From contig QCKJ01000006.1 in assembly GCA_003215435.1 (NCBI GenBank), positions 4,070-68,069 on the forward strand: a stretch of 64,000 nucleotides of DNA, written 5' to 3'. The translations under genes were made by a program, and so were the position numbers. Numbering within the stretch: the first letter of the stretch is position 1; each line of letters opens with the position of its first letter. Source of the stretch: Prochlorococcus sp. AG-409-M05. Its GTDB lineage: Bacteria > Cyanobacteriota > Cyanobacteriia > PCC-6307 > Cyanobiaceae. Shown here piece after piece: positions 60,597 through 64,000 of the stretch. Below the pieces are notes generated by a model that was not told the DNA's origin, did no database searches, and worked only from the letters and a program-made list of their open reading frames with translations.

Positions 60597-61254
60597 TTAA
60601 TAGAGTTGTCCACCTATGAGCTCAAAAGAAGAACATTTAATATTTTTAAATAGCTCTGGCTCATGAGTAACGATTATCAATATCTGATCATGAGCGAGCT
60701 TCTCAATTAAATCTATTATTTCGTATCTTACAGACCAATCTAGACCTGCTGTAGGTTCGTCAAGCAACATAACTTGTGGTTTCCTTAGTAATTGGACAGC
60801 AAGAGCTAATCTTCTTTGTTGACCACCGCTAAGTCGTTCGGGAGACTTTTTTAGGTCTAGTGTTTGCAGCCCAACGTCTTTAAGAGCAGCTAGTAGGTTT
60901 TGATTCCCAAGTCTTCGATGACCCAACCTTAACTCTTGCCCAATTGTTAGTCCTAGGAAATGACGTTCAGGGAACTGAAAAAACGACACCACTAATGCTA
61001 CGTCTTTGACGAGTATTTAAATTTTTACCGTGTACATAGATACTCCCTTTTTTGGGAGAAGAGAGTCCACTGATGATTTCGATAAGACTTGTTTTGCCGG
61101 ATCCGCTGGCTCCAGAAATAACTGTGGGGGTTCCATTTGATGCTTTTAGAGATACACCGGCTAGAACAGCCTTGGTTAGAGTGGCCGGGTGGTAATGAAT
61201 ATCCCTTAACTCAAGCATTGATGATTGTCTGCTCTTTGTTTGTAAACACATCAT
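60597..61254 (-). pseudogene. ABC transporter ATP-binding protein (CbiO/EcfA-like size), interrupted by a frameshift in a T6 (A6 on + strand) run
   Basis: ORF 60967-61254 carries Walker A GASGSGKTS. ORF 60597-60992 carries FQFPERHF (Q-loop), LSGGQQRR, MLLDEPTAGLD and VTHE. The frames switch at AAAAAA 60978-60983, and deleting one base gives ..SGVVFQFPERHF. The likely true start is ATG 61218 (MLELRDI). Confidence 0.85.
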
Positions 61255-61323
61255 CCTTGATTTGAGGAATTTTTTAAATAGTTTTTTTCACTCCAAAGAC
61301 GATCTAGTAATTAGGCCCTTTTT

Positions 61324-61764
61324 ATGAAAGTACATTTTCGAGAGATTGATCCATTCAATTGCTGGTTATGGATGCGTTTCTCTGAATCTCCTACAGAGGG
61401 AGAAATGAGTTACGTCAACGGAATCTTAGATAGCTGGTATGTGATTGGAAGGCTTGGAGGATTCAATTCGGAAAACTTACAGGCGCATGACTGTGGCTCT
61501 GATTTGAATTGGATGCCCTATGACAATGAGTACACTGTTTCAGCCTCGTCCTCATTAATGCATAACATTGGCGAATTGGAGTATCAAGGAGAATGGGTAA
61601 GGTTCTGGGTTGATCTTGGCACTAGTGATGCTATTGCTTTAGATGTTCTTATAAATACTCTTTACCAATTAGATAAAGACATTGTTCAACTAGAAGAGGT
61701 AATAATAGGTGGTGTCAATGATGATTGGCCTGTTGAGGATCACCCTGATGCAGTTTTTTCTTAA
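61324..61764 (+). CDS. Conserved cyanobacteria/plastid-lineage protein (DUF3531-like; recalled from memory)
   Basis: It has FREIDPFNCWLWMRF, ILDSWYVIGRLGGFN and WVDLGTSD blocks. Confidence 0.55.
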   Translation: MKVHFREIDPFNCWLWMRFSESPTEGEMSYVNGILDSWYVIGRLGGFNSENLQAHDCGSDLNWMPYDNEYTVSASSSLMHNIGELEYQGEWVRFWVDLGTSDAIALDVLINTLYQLDKDIVQLEEVIIGGVNDDWPVEDHPDAVFS

Positions 61765-61779
61765 TGATTAGATACCTTT

Positions 61780-62556
61780 ATGTCAGAGCTTAGAAGAATT
61801 CAGATAGAACAAAGTCGTCTAAATTTTATTGACCCTCTTGATAGATCACTACTACTATCAGACGAAGAAGCTCATTATTTAAGACGTGTTCTTCGGCTCA
61901 ATCACGGTGCCTCCTTTGAGATCGTCGATGGTGTTGGACATCTTTGGGAAGCCCAACTTAAAGGTCAAAGTATTTGTCAATTAAAATCCACTTTTGAGGA
62001 TCCTAAATCAGAGGAGAAGAGGCCTAAAAAAATGCTTGGACTTGCAGTCGTTATTCCAAGAAAAGGGTTTTATGATTTAATTCGGATGTGTTGTGAACTA
62101 GGGATTGATTATATTCAACCTCTACGATCAAAAAGGAGCACATCAAAAGGGGAAATACGAACTACCAGAGCTAACGCTATTGTCCGTGAAGCTTGCGAAC
62201 AATCAGAAAGGCTTTGGTCTATGAGAATATTTGACCTTTTAGATGCAGAGGATTGGTGGAGAATTCGTTCATCTAATATCCCAGTTGCTTTAGCAACGAC
62301 AAGAAAGAAGGAATTAATAGGATTTGATAATTGGCTTGATAAATCCCATAACTTTTCAAATCAGATCTGGATAGCTATTGGCCCTGAGGGTGGATGGACT
62401 GATTTTGAAGAAGCATCTGCAATTAGCTCAGGTTGTAGCCTTGTGAGTTTGGGAGATTTGATTCTGACAACTTCTACAGCTGCAGTTGCTGCATCGAATA
62501 CTATGGTTAGGTGGAGAACAAATAGTGTTAACAGCAAAATTGAATCTGATGATTAA
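61780..62556 (+). CDS. rsmE: 16S rRNA (uracil1498-N3)-methyltransferase
   Basis: It has an N-terminal PUA-like region with HYLRRVLRL and a C-terminal SPOUT knot IGPEGGWT..E. Confidence 0.88.
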   Translation: MSELRRIQIEQSRLNFIDPLDRSLLLSDEEAHYLRRVLRLNHGASFEIVDGVGHLWEAQLKGQSICQLKSTFEDPKSEEKRPKKMLGLAVVIPRKGFYDLIRMCCELGIDYIQPLRSKRSTSKGEIRTTRANAIVREACEQSERLWSMRIFDLLDAEDWWRIRSSNIPVALATTRKKELIGFDNWLDKSHNFSNQIWIAIGPEGGWTDFEEASAISSGCSLVSLGDLILTTSTAAVAASNTMVRWRTNSVNSKIESDD

Positions 62557-62591
62557 ACCAACTACTCTTTGATATTAGATTCCATAAAGAG

Positions 62592-63344
62592 ATGTTCCCT
62601 TTTTTCTATTTTGATTTTTCATTGTTAATTGCCTTCGCAATTAATTTCTGCTTGATTCTTTTATTCCATCGAGTACCTGTTTTAACTAGGAGTGGATATC
62701 TACATGCAGGTGCATTAGGCACCATTCTCCTTGCTTCTATTGGATTACGAGCATGGTTATCTGTTGTTGTTTACCTAATTTTAGGTTCTGCGGTAACTAA
62801 ATTGGGTTTTTATAATAAGCAACAACGGGGATTAGCAGAGAGTAGAGGAGGTAAAAGAGGGCCAGAAAATGTTTGGGGATCGTCAGCCACAGGAGCTTTT
62901 CTGTCAATAATATATACATTACATATCTGGCCTGAATCTCTTGTCTTGATTGGTTTTGCTTCTAGTTTTTCAGCTAAACTTGCTGATACATTTGGTAGTG
63001 AGATTGGAAAAAGATGGGGTACAAAAACATATCTAATAAGTTCACTGCGTAAAGTGCAACCTGGCACTGAAGGTGCTATTAGTCTCGAGGGTACAATCGC
63101 AAGTCTTATTGGTGGATTTATTATGGCGATGGTTATGTGGATATTTAAAATTATTTCTTCATATGAGTCAATAATACTTATTACTTTTGTAGCTCTTTTG
63201 GCTACACTGCTTGAAAGCTTTATTGGTGCTTTGGTTCAGAACCGTTTTCGGTTACTTAATAATGAAATTGTTAATTCAATTCAGACATCTATTGCTGCAC
63301 TTCTCTCTATAATCATTGCTAATAAGTTAGATGTAATTAACTAG
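62592..63344 (+). CDS. DUF92/TMEM19-family integral membrane protein (VTE6-type phytyl-phosphate kinase homologue)
   Basis: It has GGKRGPENVWG, KLADTFGSEIGKRWG and GTEGAISLEGT blocks and about 7 TM helices. The kinase function is inferred from the plant VTE6 family. Confidence 0.75.
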   Translation: MFPFFYFDFSLLIAFAINFCLILLFHRVPVLTRSGYLHAGALGTILLASIGLRAWLSVVVYLILGSAVTKLGFYNKQQRGLAESRGGKRGPENVWGSSATGAFLSIIYTLHIWPESLVLIGFASSFSAKLADTFGSEIGKRWGTKTYLISSLRKVQPGTEGAISLEGTIASLIGGFIMAMVMWIFKIISSYESIILITFVALLATLLESFIGALVQNRFRLLNNEIVNSIQTSIAALLSIIIANKLDVIN

Positions 63345-63367
63345 TACAAAAGTATAATCAGTGTTTG

Positions 63368-64000
63368 TTAGTAGTTAGTGGTATTGCTTACTATCGCTTC
63401 AAAACCGGCCCAGTTAAGTAATGCAGACCAGTTTAGAATTTTTTGATAAACCCAATTGTGTCCATCTGAATTCAGATGGATCCCATCAGGCTCCAGCCAG
63501 CTTTCCCATTCTGGCTCTCGCAACATATCTTTTAGTAGAGGTAAAAAAGGTACATTTGCATTTAGGCATGCTTCCTCTATTTTTGCCTCATAAAGAATGC
63601 TGACAGTATTTGAATACCACAAACATTGGGCAAAAGGCATCATGTTCTCATTTACAGGGGTTAGACCTATCATCATCACCCTCGCCTTATCCTTGATTTC
63701 AGATAGTAATTGCTCTAATCCAAACTCATATGCTTCGGCAGATAGCTGAGGCCGCCCATTAACTGAGCCTATTTTAGCGGTATCATTCATACCTATTGAC
63801 AGTACAATCGCTTCAGGGAAGTTCCTTCTAAGCTCTCCTCTTGTCAACCATTCTTGTTGCCACCTTTTAGCGACTTTCTCTAGACCATCACCTCTTATTC
63901 CTAGTGGATATACAACTGGTGCATTAGGTATGTCCATCCAGTTAAGTCTTAATCTTTCAGCCCATCCTCCATTAACCCGATCTCCCCAGCCATAAACACC
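63368..64000 (-). CDS. SGNH/GDSL-family hydrolase, 5' end beyond window
   Basis: It has block III GMNDT and block V DGIHLNSDGH. The frame stays open upstream of Met 63937 to the window edge (..VYGWGDRVNGGWAERL). Confidence 0.8.
   Translation of the reverse strand, partial: GVYGWGDRVNGGWAERLRLNWMDIPNAPVVYPLGIRGDGLEKVAKRWQQEWLTRGELRRNFPEAIVLSIGMNDTAKIGSVNGRPQLSAEAYEFGLEQLLSEIKDKARVMMIGLTPVNENMMPFAQCLWYSNTVSILYEAKIEEACLNANVPFLPLLKDMLREPEWESWLEPDGIHLNSDGHNWVYQKILNWSALLNWAGFEAIVSNTTNY

Overview
This is a 64-kb chromosomal window from an A+T-rich marine picocyanobacterium. Gene content (ChlH, a Rieske PaO/CAO-type oxygenase, class II NrdJ, Ycf36, a lumenal pentapeptide protein and many cyanobacteria-only small conserved ORFs) fits a low-light-adapted Prochlorococcus-like genome best; that assignment is inference. 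The window is densely packed core genome. Housekeeping genes are carB, tpiA, folP, chlH, dapB, apt, prfC, hslO, rsmE, rsfS, metY-metA, nrdJ, cbiX and a ubiH-type monooxygenase. Transporters are a general amino-acid ABC importer (AapJQMP/NatFGH-BgtA type), an orphan ABC-2 transporter, an MsbA-like exporter and an alanine:cation symporter. There are two tRNAs, Ser-UGA and initiator Met. I saw no CRISPR array, transposase, integrase, phage gene or recognisable defence system. Five things deserve a second look. (1) An iron-storage module (ferritin-like gene, small Cys-rich ORF, Cys-rich Crp/Fnr regulator, canonical ferritin) has a shared 15-16-nt box. The box forms a large palindrome upstream of the regulator and recurs upstream of the ferritin-like gene. 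(2) An A+T-rich islet at about 48.9-53.9 kb holds orphan membrane ORFs, a PhyH-like dioxygenase, an HExxH mini-protein and a degenerate NdhF-like relic ORF. (3) Two conserved genes, dapB and an ABC ATPase, are each broken by a single-base homopolymer frameshift, which could be sequencing artefact or real decay. (4) There are in-frame coding repeats: a perfect (CATGAC)9 encoding (His-Asp)9 in CbiX, and an Ala/Glu/Lys repeat tail on a small membrane protein. (5) Several spacers are unusually long for such a compact genome and contain internal repeats or hairpins. All family assignments come from reading motifs by eye, and no database search was possible.
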